Shown piece after piece: positions 36,453 through 50,600 of a stretch of 64,000 bases of DNA. The stretch is taken from assembly GCA_043228905.1 (NCBI GenBank), contig JBHGNT010000014.1, positions 19,778,001 to 19,842,000 of the forward strand, read 5' to 3'. The notes under the pieces are model-generated. The model was not told where the DNA came from. It worked only from the letters and a program-made list of their open reading frames with translations, and did no database searches. Each line of letters starts with the position of its first letter. Position 1 is the first letter of the stretch. The DNA is from Azolla caroliniana (taxonomy: Eukaryota; Plantae; Polypodiophyta). Both the position numbers and the translations under genes were made by a program.

Positions 36453-37168
36453 CGTAAATAATGACTTTCATTACGAAAAAAAAAACACCACCATGACTAA
36501 CTTACAACAAACTATAGAACCCCTTCTATCTAGGGATCTAAAGAAAACTATGACACCAAACTCAATGCCACCCTACACACCAATTCAAATGGCGAATATA
36601 ATGATATGTGACCTTGCAGAGTTCTCTCTCTTCCTGGTTGAGATTTCGTGACTTCTCTAGCACTGTCAATTGCTACAAAAGAAGTCCTTTTAACTTTAGA
36701 ACATATTTTCTCACCCCCACTTGCGAATAAAAAATGAAGGCATTCCGCATATTCCAATTGAACCATAGCCCCCAATACCTCAAGAACTCAAAAATAATTT
36801 GAGAATGAGGCATTGGTTCATTGTTCTCCATATGTGCAAAAACCCAATTGAAGGAAGATAGACGTACTCCGGTTAGAGACATTCACACTAAACCAATACA
36901 CCTCCAAACCATCCTTGCCATCGGGCAGGAAATAAATCGATGCCTACTATGTTCCAATTCTCCCGAACAAAAGAAACACAATCCTTTAGTAATGTTTCTT
37001 TTTTTTAATGCATCCCCCAATGGTAAAGCTCCAATCATAACTCTCCAAACAAATACCTTGGCTTGTAGCATTAATCGAGAACACCAACCTGCCTTTGATC
37101 ACATGAAGCCACCAAGTAATGGGGTTATGAAACCCCCATATCTTTATAACCCTTTCTTCCAACCACTT
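36450..37168 (-). mobile_element. 5'-truncated L1/Tx1-type LINE fragment (zf-RVT domain)
   Basis: KVFVWRVMIGALPLGDALKKRNITKGLCFFCSGELEHSRHRFISCPMARMVW is a typical L1 zf-RVT; frameshifted. Confidence 0.85.
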
Positions 37169-37190
37169 ATCTCTCTCTCTCTCTCTCTCT

Positions 37191-37418
37191 GCGAAACGGG
37201 GAAACCATGCACATTGATACATGTTAGAGCCCATCTCGTTCTCTGCCATCCAAACCAATGCTTCCATGCGACTTAGCTTACATGCATTGCGATGTGAGAT
37301 GGTTGTGAGACGAGGCATTCAGGCACAGGTGATGAAAGTGGTCGACTTGGCATACTTTGTGCTAAACAATTTCAAGAGTCTGAGTATCATACTTTGATAG
37401 AATGTTGTCTTTGATCAT
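37191..37418. repeat. About 229-bp direct repeat, copy 2 (follows (CT)n)
   Basis: Matches 33975-34203. Confidence 0.92.
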
Positions 37419-39720
37419 ATTCAACCATGATTTCCACACATCTTCGACCAAACCCAATCCTTGCATGAATTTCTCTCACAAGCACAATGTGCACTCTTGA
37501 TTGCAACATTCATTGGTAAAGTTTGTGAACATTGAAAATCATTACTCACTTTCACATGTATTATATGGAATGTAATATTTTTGGTCTCATAACTCAGTAT
37601 AGAATCTCAGTGCACAAGATATTTTGAAATAAGTTATACACAACCTCTCTCTTCTAGGGGCATGCCAAGTATGCATTCTACTATTCTTGCCTAGCTCCAA
37701 GTTTGGTTAGAAACACATGCGAAAGTGTAAGATAAATAAGTGAGATCGCTCATGAATGATAGGATAATTTAGGCAAGGACTACCCGATAAAGGGATCTAA
37801 GTTGTGTGCATTTTAACTAATGGAGTATATTCTTTTGGTAAAGTGTAGACCCATGGAATGGTTTTGGTGACAAAAGACCAAAAAATGTTTGAGTGATTGT
37901 TTTCTACCAATCTTGTATGGAGGTGACTGTACATACTACGGTCTACCTTTACTCTTTTATAAGTTGTCACTGTTAATCTTTCATATAGCTTGTCGCTAGG
38001 TTTGTCCACTCGGTCTCACCTTTTTTCCTTGGAGTCTCTTCCAACATGTTCTCTCCACATTTCCTTTTACTTTAGAAACACTTATCGCGGCTTTCCTTTC
38101 ACTCCTTCAATGCCAGAAAAAGAATATTCTTTCCTCTCATTGAATGCAAACAAAAGTAGATGCTTTGAACATGCAATACCGTTGCCTTGAGCAAAATCAC
38201 ATTCATCGAACGTAAAAGGCAATTTTAAAATTTCAAACATGCCATTTGTTTCTTACTATCAATACTATTTCAACATCAAAACACACTACTACATCATACG
38301 CAAAAATATTTGAATATGTGTCTTGCTATAATAGAACAAACTATAAAGCAAGAAGTGGATAAGTTAAAAGCATCTTTTTCTTGTCGTCAATTGTATGTAA
38401 GTTTCAAATGAAGAAATGAATAAAATACTATTCCCTTGGGAATTTCTATGTCTAAACCAAGTTGGCAAACTGAAAAGTAATAGGGATTGTTTTATTTCTC
38501 AAACAGTTGTTAAATCATTAGCTTACAAGTGATTTACCTAAGCTAATGGTTATTATGAGATTGAGATATTCACAATTTCTATGGCATCAATCAATCAAAT
38601 CGTTCACATATAATATTCCCTTTGGGCTTTAGGTCATGAAAACCCCCCAACAAATATTGTATGTTGGATTATATCACACTTTAAAAAGTAACCACACTTC
38701 ATTGTTCGATTGAATTAAAATTTATATAGTTTGTATTCATTTTGTGCTAAAAAGTATTACAATTGATGCAATTGTTCAATCACACTTGAGATGTTTAGAA
38801 AATATCATAAAGTATAGATACAAAATATAATAAATATATTGTTGTAAGAACTCCGATTCTAATCTTGCACTTGTTGAGCATGCTTATTTGGCAGTATTCG
38901 CTACGTTTAAAAATCCTTTCAAATTTTGACAAAAACGGAGCACCTATGCTCAAAATTTTTAATACAGCCTCTTTATTTTTTATTGTTTGTACTAGTATAT
39001 TTTAAACTAGGAGAATCAAAATTTCTAATGCTCATCTTTGAAAGTGCACAGTTCCACTATGTTTTAATTGTAAGAATACAATCAAAATTCTATTAAATTG
39101 TAGTTAACTCATCATAAAATTTCTACCTTCAATAATAGTATAAACTATGTTGAAGGTAGAAATGGGACTCAAGAACATATGTTGCTTATTTAGGCTCCCA
39201 TAGACGTCCTTGACGATAGTGAAGATTAAAGTTTTTAGAATTGTTGACGATTGTTTATGTTCCAAATTAGTTAATATGTGTTATCAATCATAACATGATA
39301 TCTTATACTATTATTTAACCATTTCACCTTATTCGACTTTTTTCAACACGTACATGAAAATTCTTGAGTTGTGTGAATGTGAGTTAGTGCATCATTTTCT
39401 GGTTTAGATTTTGAACACTAATGTGCTGACAAACCACACTTGTGGCACATGCATGGAATGCCAATTAAGTCAAATAGTACTTGAAATTTCAATGCAATAT
39501 CAATCTCTTGATAGGTGGTAAACAAAAATGCATCACTAAATAAGTTAGTTATATGGAGCATAGATTTATAATTTCATCTTGAGCTCAAGATAAGCAAACC
39601 GTAAAGTAAATCTCTCATCTTATCTAAGTAGTTTTTGCCGTTTAAGCAAACCATTGAGGAAAAATTCACCTCCATAAGAAAGTGCTATAACCCGGCTATA
39701 ATACCAATTGATAGGATTCA

Positions 39721-40305
39721 TGATACCACTTTGCCACTTATTATGAAACAAAAATGATCTTGTACAAGTTATTTGAGAAAAACAACAAAACACAACAAAA
39801 TTATGCATGATACTCCACAAGATTTTACGTGGAAACCCTCACTAAGGGATAAAAACCACGGGACCAAGTCTAGAAACAATTCTCTATCAACATATAAAAT
39901 TTGTACATTAAAGTTCTACTCTAAATATATTTGAGTACTATGTAAAGAGGAAAGTAATATTTCCTCCTAAAAACTTAAACCCAGCTAACAAGACTAAAAA
40001 GACCACCAAAGACTCACAACACGTGGTTACTGATGAAGGTAGTGATGTACAAAAATGTCTTTGTTTAATGAATGTACGCAGAAGCATTGATGGAGAAGGC
40101 CAAGAAGCTCCTCAAATTTTTATTCTACTCTCTAACAAAAATCTACCCCTTTTCACACTTCTAGAAAGTGAGTGTAGATATTTAAATAACAATTAGAAAA
40201 AAGTAACAATTATATGTTACTTCTCCATATGTATCACATGTTGTGTGTGTAGTATCTTATATTGTAATGGAGTCCTCTCAATATCAAACCTCCCTCCTCT
40301 TTGCT
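39721..40305 (-). mobile_element. Probable old copia-type LTR with flanking PBS-like and PPT-like signals
   Basis: TGATACCA (reverse of tRNA-Met PBS TGGTATCA) at 39721, the LTR-typical motif TTTACGTGGAAACCC..AAAACCACG, and minus-strand purine tract AAGAGGAGGGAGG at about 40289-40301. Confidence 0.45.
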
Positions 40306-43300
40306 CAAGATTCCTTTCAAGCATATCATTAGCAAGGAATGCATTGTCATTGACCCAAGTGAAGTGAACACCCTCCCTACTTGACATGATGACATTGATG
40401 AAAATAAAAGGATTTGCCCACTTCCTCATTCAAGTATAGTGGCACACACATATGCTTGATTGAATCCGAGACAACACACCACACAACTATCCATAAGATG
40501 TTGTTTACATGGATAACTAAAGGCAATGACTCAATGGGCACGACCCCCCCTCCCCAATCCAATTGGAATAGTGAGTTCCATGCCTTTTTCGATGCTCCAA
40601 GTGGTTCGGCTTGTATATTATGCCAGTTGTAAACTGTCCAAGGCTGAGGTAGTAATTGTATTATTCAATACTTATAATTAGTAGATGATTTCTTATTCCT
40701 TCGTTCTTCAATCGAGTGCATCAGAAGTGTGATATAGTGTTTTGTTGCTTAAGTGGAAAGTCTTCTCTTTGGTAGATTGCATTTAGAGCTTGTTTTAGTT
40801 ATTAGTTTAAGCCTTAGTATCTTGAGAGTGATTGATGCCCGCTCTTGCCAATCTCGCCCACAAATGGGCACATAGTAAGTCCCCGCACAATGACCTTGAG
40901 GTGGTTTTGAGGAAGAATATTGAAATTTAATTCACCATATGATTGAACATTCTTTTCTAATTAAATGCAAGTGTATGAAGACACAAGTACCTCGATTGCA
41001 ACAAAATAATCACATTTCCATCATTGTAATGACAACTACTAATTCTCCAATCTTAAAATTCTATTATAGGAGACTAGTAACATATTACCAGCAAGAGGGT
41101 TCAATCTTAGTTTTTACAATGGTATATACCAACCTTCTATACAAAATAACATACATATATTTTAAGAGGCTTAATCTTCTAGCTAACATGTAATCTTCCA
41201 AATTCAATAGAGTTTCTCCCTCTCAATGCTTTGAAGTCCATATATGCCAAATAACCAATCGATTACATAATTACTTTATCCATAGTACAACAATTGTTCA
41301 ATATCCATCGGACATCTAGTCACCTCCTATTTTGTAGTTCGAGGATACACTCAAGACCTCTTGGAGAAAGAGGACAATCCCAAGTGCAAAAGGAACTATA
41401 TAAAAGGTGAACTATAAATAATTTTGTACATATTATTCCACTATATTCAAAATAGAGCTAAAGCTTATGCCTTTCTCTCTTTCTCCTTAACACTTTCTCA
41501 ACCTCAAGACCAAAAGACTAATCATTTTATTTAGTTTAACCTTGATCCTTTAGGTAAATTAATGACAGCTTCATTGTATTGGTTATTTCTTATCTCTCTC
41601 CTCTTCTACTAGGGGCATGACATTGTGGTAAAGTCTCTTGATGATGAAGTGATAGTTAATGGTGTGAATGTGATCTGATTGTACCAGAGTAAAATAAGAG
41701 ATCAAATTGAATTAGTAGGTAATTCATATGTTAATAAGTAAAGAGTGATTGACATTCAACTCTCATTCTTCTAGCCAACAAAACGGTAAACCTTGTTGAT
41801 ATACCCTACATGCCAACCTCAAGGTGTTTCTCGAGAACGGGAACATATGAGTAACAAATTTAGGTGCTTCTCGAGAACTAGAACATATGAGTAACAAGTT
41901 TGTTATGAGAACACCAAAAGATGCTACAACAATGTCAAGAAATATGAATCAACCCATATATTAATACATGGGATGCAATGACAATCACTTTATGGCTCTA
42001 AAATCCTTGCATGGGTCCGCACCTCCAATACCAATGTGTTGAGTTATTACTAATGAGCAAAGGAATTTTGATGACAACAAAGGCTATATGTATTTGTTGA
42101 GATGGGCCATATCAACACCAAAGTGTTGAGATTATTTGTGAGAGGACTCATACCCACGTGTGAGATTTGTCATAGCTTTGCTTCACAACATGAACCAACA
42201 TCCAATTGCATGTCCCCTCATCAAAATTCATCCCAAAAAATAGCAATTATGCACTTCATGCTTGTCAAATGATATCAAGAATCCTAGTTGTAAGCCCACC
42301 AAACATCACCACCAAGCAAATTGGAACGACGCAAAGGAAGCAGATTGAGCGTTTCATAATTAATACCCACACAAACCCCCTTCTCCAAGTTTAGTGCTTA
42401 AGAAGAAGATGTTGTCGTAACCATCATGGGTGAAGGATTTTAGAGCCATAAAGTGTAAATTCTATTGTTGATCTATTTCGATTTTGTTGAGTTTCTACTT
42501 TTCTCTTTGGGGTAGGTGTTTCTCCCAGCTATGTCTTTACTCGACTAGTGATTTTCTTGATTGGGTTTGTTTATGTAGGCTACATCATCTTCACTATTGC
42601 AATCAATATGGGTGGGAGCCCGGGGGGAGGTCATTAGGATCCTTGAAGTTTAGGGGAAGTCCCTCAAACCTCACACAATGATCAATACACTAAGCACTAA
42701 GAAAGCATTCACTTCCACAAAACTTAACGAACATTCTTTAGTACTTTTGATTTGTTGGATTGATGATGATACAATATTAAGAAATAAAAAGTGTAGAAAG
42801 AATGGAGAAAAAGGGCCATAAATTATTTTGTCCTTTTCAATGCCCAAGAACCTTTTCATATATGTTGGATAGTAGATCCTCTTCATGAAGATCAATCTTT
42901 TAGAGCCTATGCCAATGCTAATAATGAAGAGACACATGAAGTGTGATGTCAACTCTAATGGGGATTGGGACAAAGATGGGTAAGTCACTAATTGTGGTCA
43001 TGGTGGTTGCCTCAAACATCACTACCAAGTTTTACTCCAATGAAAACACGCACTCATCACCCAACTTACTCAAACCAATAGACATAGATGGTAGTGTTGT
43101 CAAATAGGTATGGCGTCATGTGGTCATGCATAGTTTCAAGGTATAGCGTCATGGGTACATTGGTTGCAACTTTTGTTGGGGTTCCTCAACGTTGGCATTC
43201 TACGACATCGTCATATTATGGGCTCCTTGTTAGCATCTTCTCACTCCTGGTTTCAACATCATGTCATCATTAATAGAAGAATTGAATTGATGCACAACAC

Positions 43301-44604
43301 AAGACAAGATAAGATGGGAAGAGTACTAAGGTTCTTTCTTGGACAAAATCCTTCCCATGTAGCTTCCCATTCTACACTATTCATAAAGATTGGTCTCATA
43401 CTGTATTTCTGCAACAAGTTTCTAAAACCATTTGGCGGCATAAAAAATATAATACCTAATTATATTAAATAAGTCTGGTGATGGACTTTTCACATATAAG
43501 CATCAAGAATATAATGGTAACTGATATAACAAAGAAGAAGAATGAACGTTCACATATAATTATTTGAACTTCCAAAAAGTCCATTGATAATCAAGTTATT
43601 GGGATCTAAACATAATACTGATCCAAAGATCTCTATTTATCCATCAATACAACAACTTGGTGGGCCTGTTATCATTGGGCAAACATAGTAAAATCTATTC
43701 TCAGCAATCAAAGCAAAGAAAGATTCTTCCCAAAATTCTTACAACTTACTATTCAAATTTCATGTACGTGTCATGTTGCCCCTTTTCCATAAAATGGTAA
43801 TAACAGCATGTCAATAGCATGTTAAGCTCTATCTCTCTGAAAATATTTATAAAATGTCGATTCAAATTCAACCATTGCTGCTGCACAGTTTTTGAATGTA
43901 TTATCATTGCTAGGAAAAACATAAGATGTCACCATCATCGCATCTAGCAGAGCCAAATGTCCCAAGATACCTCATCTAGAAGGCCTTGTCACCAACAGTT
44001 ACGAATGCAATATTCTTTATAATTCTACTCTCCACATGGTCTATGTTTTTAGTGTTGCCACTAAATACTTCTGTAATCTTCATATTCCCATTGAACACCT
44101 TTTTCAATAATCCTGTCAATTCATCACACCTGCGAGAATGTCTTCGTTGGGGATTAGAAATATGGCACAGAAAATTAATAGTACTTATGAAATATTAAGT
44201 TCTATAAGGATAGCAGTACAAAGCATCCCGCTGATGCAAAGAGGGAAACAATATATTCAACATATCGCATATCATCCATCACCTCAACTAGCAGAAAAGC
44301 CAATGACTCTTCTTTTAATGGACAACAATTGAGACAACCAGGAAATATCCATCAACCCAGCCCATGAATATATGTAGCTATCCCTCAAGTATGCTGTGTG
44401 ATCAAGGTGGAAGCTTGTTCCCATTGAACATGGAAATACTTCAAACAAAACTTCACGGCAACAGCTCTTACAAAGAGAACCTCTGAAACAAGAGAAAAGC
44501 AAGGGCAAAACAGGGAGGGAATTAATTATTAAGCTGAAAGCAATGTATAGAAACATGAAAGGTGTAAATACAACATTACAAATAGTTTGTCTGCAAACTC
44601 ACCA

Positions 44605-47600
44605 CTACAATGCCTCTTTAAGCTGGAAGGCCTTAGACAGTGACCGAGCTCTATCATATTCATTCAGTTCGACTAGCATTCGTTTAAGCCTTCTTGCCAG
44701 TCCCACAACATCTTCAGCATTAGCTCCTTTTCTCTTCTCAATTGCTTTACCAATGCTCATTAAATAGTCCACCAGAGGTTCAAGTTTTGGCCTGCATACC
44801 GTGAGTATCAAAATGTAAGCAGTTTCTACTCTCAAAATATCTGAACCAATTTTTTGTCTCTATGGGCTACATAAAAAGTAGCACAATTATTAATCTTACT
44901 AATGAATTCACTCAATTCAATTATACACTTCAAAAATGACCTTACATTATTTAAAACAGGAAAAGTAACAGCAACCATACAATGCTATGCATTTTGTGCA
45001 ACTTTCTAGTGTGCTGCAATGCAGCTACAGATGCAACAAATGTTGGCTCTTCAAATGTAATCATCAATGGTTTGAAACAGAGGCAAAGATATAGCAGCCA
45101 AATTCGAGGAACCATATGTAGCTAGAGATAAAGAGACTTCCCAGGCTGGAAGTTTCAGGAAACAATACTAAAAAATATTTAAAAAAAGAAATATGGCTTC
45201 ACTATACCTTAAGATCTAACAAGGTCTGCACCATAGTGATTTTCATATCTCCAAGAAGTTCTAGATAAAAGTGTTGACAATACAGATGATAACAAATGCA
45301 CGCAACAAAACTAGAGATAATAAGATGTTTGGATAATATTTAGACTATCACAATGATATTTTTGTATGTGATTAGCATTGCTAGATTAGACATTAAGTGT
45401 CATTCTCTTCTTTGGTATGAAGCTTTCCAATGTCTGGATAAACCAGGACTTTGTTTTGCAGGAGTTACGCTGGTGGAATTGGAAACTTCTTTCAGAGGGG
45501 TTAATCTTGCACGTAGTTTATTAACTTTCAAAGCACATGCTTGAACATGTTTACGTAGTTCTTTTCTATGGGTGCAGAGGAGGGAATCCTTTGCTTTGTC
45601 AATTTTACAATCTATGACGAAATCATATGGATGATCATAACACCTGGGCATAGCACTCCAGATGTGTCTGCACTTAATTTCCTTCTATGTATAGGCTATC
45701 TTTTTTCTTCTCTCTTTATTTTCTCATTTTTGGGAATTTTTTTTGTTTGTTTATATTAGTGACCTTAACCTCTGGTTTGTCTTTCTGATGACAAAACTTT
45801 ATTTGTATTTCTTTATAAATACTCCCCACGGGACACCAAACTAAATTATAATACAAAATAAGTTCTCTTCCTTCTCAATTGAAAGCGTTCTTTGGACATG
45901 GCATTACTTTTCATCAAAACTTATTTGAAGATTTTGAAATTTGAGGCTAAGCCAGACTAAGAAACCATCAATCGTTTACAGTGAGGATCATGTGCATTCA
46001 AACATTCATCAGAATAAAATGAGCTGATGTCAGGCTTTCAGATTTCACTGAGGCAGTCTATCCAGGAATAAATATAGGACACACTGATGAAATGGTCACT
46101 GATCTTTTTAAGTTCACAAGAGAAAGGAATGCATACCTACTTGTGAAATTTGGACTAATCCAAGCATGAGAGAGTGCAGAAATAACCCGCTCAGTTCTGT
46201 TGATTGCGTCATAGGGAGTTTTCAGGAGGTGTCGCAAATGTGGCAGTATTTTTCCATATAGAAGCTCATCCAATGCAAGTTTTTCCAGAAGAGACATTGC
46301 AAGTATATCTTTCCAAAGGGCAACGTTCCTTAACAATCGAATAGAAGTACCAAATCTGTATGCAGCAATCCTAGCTGCCTGAGGTACAACACTACTCACT
46401 TGATGACTCCATGTAGGGACCTGTATCAAAATGAATAATCCATAAATACCTGAGAACCATAATATGCCAACATGATCATCAAAGAAACAAATACTCTAGA
46501 CAAGGAAATTCACACACATCTGAGAGCAATAGAATGACATTATATATCAGTGGAACAAAACAATCGGGCGGAATATTATTAGATTGGACCTACATTACAA
46601 GGAGGTGACCCACCGTTAGAGCTAAATCCTAATGTAAGCATGAGATAAGGAAATCTAATATAAATATAAATATAAATAGAGAAAAGAGAGAAAGAAAGGG
46701 GCCGATCCTCCTAACCACCCCCGAGCGAAGGGATTGAGACGGACTCAAGCCTCGATCGGTGTCCCATACCACCACCATTGCATTGAGTCGTACCTAGTCC
46801 TTGCGCGCTCACTACAAGTGTTGATCACCACAAGATCAGAGTCTCGACATGGTCGATCATGTATCCAATGAGGGTAGCTAGGCCTCATATTTATAGCCAG
46901 ATCTAATGCCCCCAAGCAAGTTCACACTTGACCATTATAGGTTGTCTCAATCCCTAGGATTAAAAGTAATCCTCCCTTCTTTACACTCTTGGTTAACCCT
47001 CACACTTTATCCATGTGTATAGAATACTATGGTATAATCTACCACGAGATATTATATGGTCATGCCCGTAACCACCACACCCTAAGATCAGATAAGAGGA
47101 AGGCAGATATTATAACCAGATACAGTCAATCATCACTTCAATTCAAGATCTCCCTCTGCAATCCATTGACAATGCAGAAATCCTTGCAAAAAATATTAGG
47201 ATGATCCACGAGGATGTCTCTTACATTAAAACACTCTTAATTTGCAAGTTGTATCCCACAGCTCTTTGATAGTCTTGTTCAATACCTACTATCACGGGTA
47301 GATTTTTCATTTCATAACAACATTATTTTGTACTTAATAGTTCAGTTACGAAGCTTTGAGGAGATATCATGAACGTAAGAGTTGCAGATCTTATTAGGCC
47401 ATTTTAACTATTTTCTAGATATTAATATACTCTTTCTTATTTAAGAAGAGGCAGAACCCAACCTATCACTGGAATGTTAATACCATGGAAACAAAATTTT
47501 CAGCCAATTGGGCCCAATAGGTGACAGTTACCAACCCTAACATCCATGTAAGACAATTATCACTCTCAGGGGAATCAGGATAGGGAATCTCCTGTGTCAT

Positions 47601-50600
47601 AGTATATCCTTTCAATCAGAATGATGCACAATTACAGTTATTTAGATGCATTTTGTAGCTGTCATAATGAATAAGATAAGATCTACCTCAATTTTTGCAA
47701 CAGCTTCAGTTAACTGAACCCGGACAGCTGATAATAAGTCTTGTAAGACATCACTAGCTGCAGGAACATAATTTAATACTTCTTGGACTGCACTGACAGC
47801 CTTTTTAGTACTTCTGGTACTTAATATATCCCAGCAATGAGCAATGTCATGATGAAGGACAGGTAATACAACTTTCTCCACCAGTTTTGGCACTAAATCC
47901 ATATCCACATCTTCTGAGCTTAGATTGTTGCCATTCTCTGGAATTCCATAATCAAATAGCATTGTGTGCCTGGAAAAAAAATTTTGGATTAACTTCACAT
48001 TCTTGCAACTTCCAAACAACATTGCATGCAAACGTTAATGAATCTTCTCACATAATATTTATGAGAAATGGTCTTCCCAAGTAAGATTAGCCATTTTAAA
48101 AGAAAATAATAATAATATTTACAAGGCAAACGAGGATTACCAGTTCATGCTACTAAAATCAGCATCACCATAGAGTGGATCCCATTTCAACAATTCAATC
48201 CGTACATAAGGAGAAAACAGGGAAGGTGCACTCAATGATACATATGCATCTCTATAAGTTGTGAAATAATTTCTCTTCCAGGTCTCTAGTGTCTCCTTCA
48301 CTTTAGCCAATTCTGAGAATTCCTCAGCGGCATCACCAAACACTCTTGCTGCAGTCTCTAGAATTTCATTGCGACCTGATTGGAAAGCCTTTTCTTCACT
48401 TTCGCTCTCATCACTACTAGACTCTCCTTCAACTTTATCACCCCCAGGATCATGCTGACCTAAAACAGATCCTTTTTTCTTCTTTGCAGAATGAGCTCTT
48501 CTACGCTCTCTAGCTTCTGCTCTTTGTTTTGCCTCCATTTGTTTCTGAAGATTCAGATCTCTACCAAATTCATCAAGCTGTGGCGTTAAATTTGGGCCAT
48601 CGGTAAGTGATTGAGAGGTTATAGCAGAAGCTAAAGAAGTAGCTGTCGCTGTAGAAGATCCTCTATTTAAAGCTTCCATTGCGACCTTAATTGCTAGTTC
48701 AGCTACCAACATTTCCTCAGCATTATCAGCGATCCTCCTATCTTTTAATGCCGCTGCACGGTCTTCCTGTAGTTTCTGCATATGCTCCTCTAACTCCTCG
48801 ATGAGAGGACCTTTACTCTAAAAAAGACGCATTGCCAGATGAGTTACAGTTATGGTTTTACCAAGAGAGTTCAACATCTTGTGTGAAATACAGCAAGTAC
48901 AAGCCAGGCAGAAACTTTTGCAATTTAGGACGAAGAAACTTTTATAGCATTATTATTCTTTTCTTTTCTGGTTAAAACCCGGATGTCAGTACAAAAGTCC
49001 TTCAGTATTGCCTTGTAGAGAAGTAGAAAGAGTAGTATATAAATTATAGGCCACAGGCAAAATTCTCAGCTATGTCACTGTGGGGATATATACCTTCAAA
49101 AGTAACATGTTGGATATTCATATATATCCATTCCAGGATTTGTTTGCATTTTATATTCTTTTCAAAACAAGGGCTTTATATTATTTCTACAACAATCCTA
49201 CCATGTGGCCTAAGTTTTCGGGAAGCACAAAGAGCAATATATAAAATGCCTATAGAACAAAAAACTCAGCTATATTGAGAGATAACGTGCATTCTGCCTT
49301 CAAAGTGTACATGTTGGGCAGAAATACCATCAAATGCTTTTTGTTTTGGTTTTGGTTTTGGTTTTGGTTTCGGTTTACGGTCTGTTTTTTTATTTTGTTT
49401 CTGCTTCTGTTTCTATTTTGAGTTCCTGTTTTCTGTTTGTGTTTCTTTTTCTTTTTTTCTCTTTTTTATTTTAAAAAGGCTTATATTGTTTGTAAGAAAA
49501 TCCTTCCGCAGTGCTGTGTGACCCCATTCTATGGGAAACCACAGGACGAGTATATACAATGGCCATAGCCACAAAACTCAGCTATATTACTGAGAGACAT
49601 CATGAAAAATTTCACTATAGAGGTTTATACCTTCAAAAAATCACATAAAACAGCAATGTAGTCCCGAAGCTTTTGCATATAAACATATTTTTCACTTGAC
49701 ATGACAAGGGTCTTCTCAAGTGTCGAGATATTGTGCAACGAGGCAGACAAATTCTCCTCTGTTTTGTGAAGTTCTGATTGAGTCCAATTATAACTCTCCT
49801 GCAAGAGAGTACAATTATTATCATACAATTTAAGTTGCCAGCACATACATAAATCTTATAAAAGAATAGTGATTTTAACACGTGACTTGCAATATGATAT
49901 TGTGGAACATGGTAACTGCATATCTATTACAAGATTATGTAGTATTCTTAAATTGTCCAATCTCATTTTAATAATACGTTAATATCATGCAGATGATGTT
50001 AAACAATTTGATAACAATGATAGAGTAATAGGTGTTTGGGTTGCCTCTAGGTTTGCTTCTATAAGCCACATATAGTAATCATGTACTATCTCATGCGCAC
50101 ATGAGAATGATAAGCTATGACTCCATGGCACATATGACAAGGATAAGTTATCTCACGCAGAGACGATAATGATAGCCTATCTCTTGCAAATAGAATAGTT
50201 ACCTTTGTCCTCTGGAGTGTTTCTTGAAGAGTAGTAAAACAAACATGAGCTTTTTGAGATACTGTCATGACCTCCATGCGTGGTCCACCGAATCCCCATG
50301 CTGAGCTTGGTAAAGGATTTGTAGGTAAGTATCCTGTTGCATCTTGTCCATGAACCAAATGAGTTGACTGCGAACGATTAGCAGCAGAATCATCCACCCT
50401 TTTCCCAAATCCCTTCCTCAACTGCTCTTCCTCCCATCTTCTTTCTTCCTCCTCTTCTTCATTGTCTCTATGATCTCTTCCGTTTCTATCCTCAAGTTTC
50501 TCTTCTACAGATTCAAACACACCTCCTCTAGTTTTTTTTTCACTAGGAATTTCGCCCATCATTGCTATTCTAACCATCGATTCACCATCATCATCATCAC

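Noticed and set aside
39121-39160. Short hairpin ttctaccttcaa...ttgaaggtagaa
   Set aside because: Isolated 12-bp stem with no context; not a supportable terminator or MITE
41823-41901. About 40-bp tandem duplication and nearby VVRGYTQ copia-like trace (about 41335)
   Set aside because: Ordinary degraded TE background, too eroded to delimit
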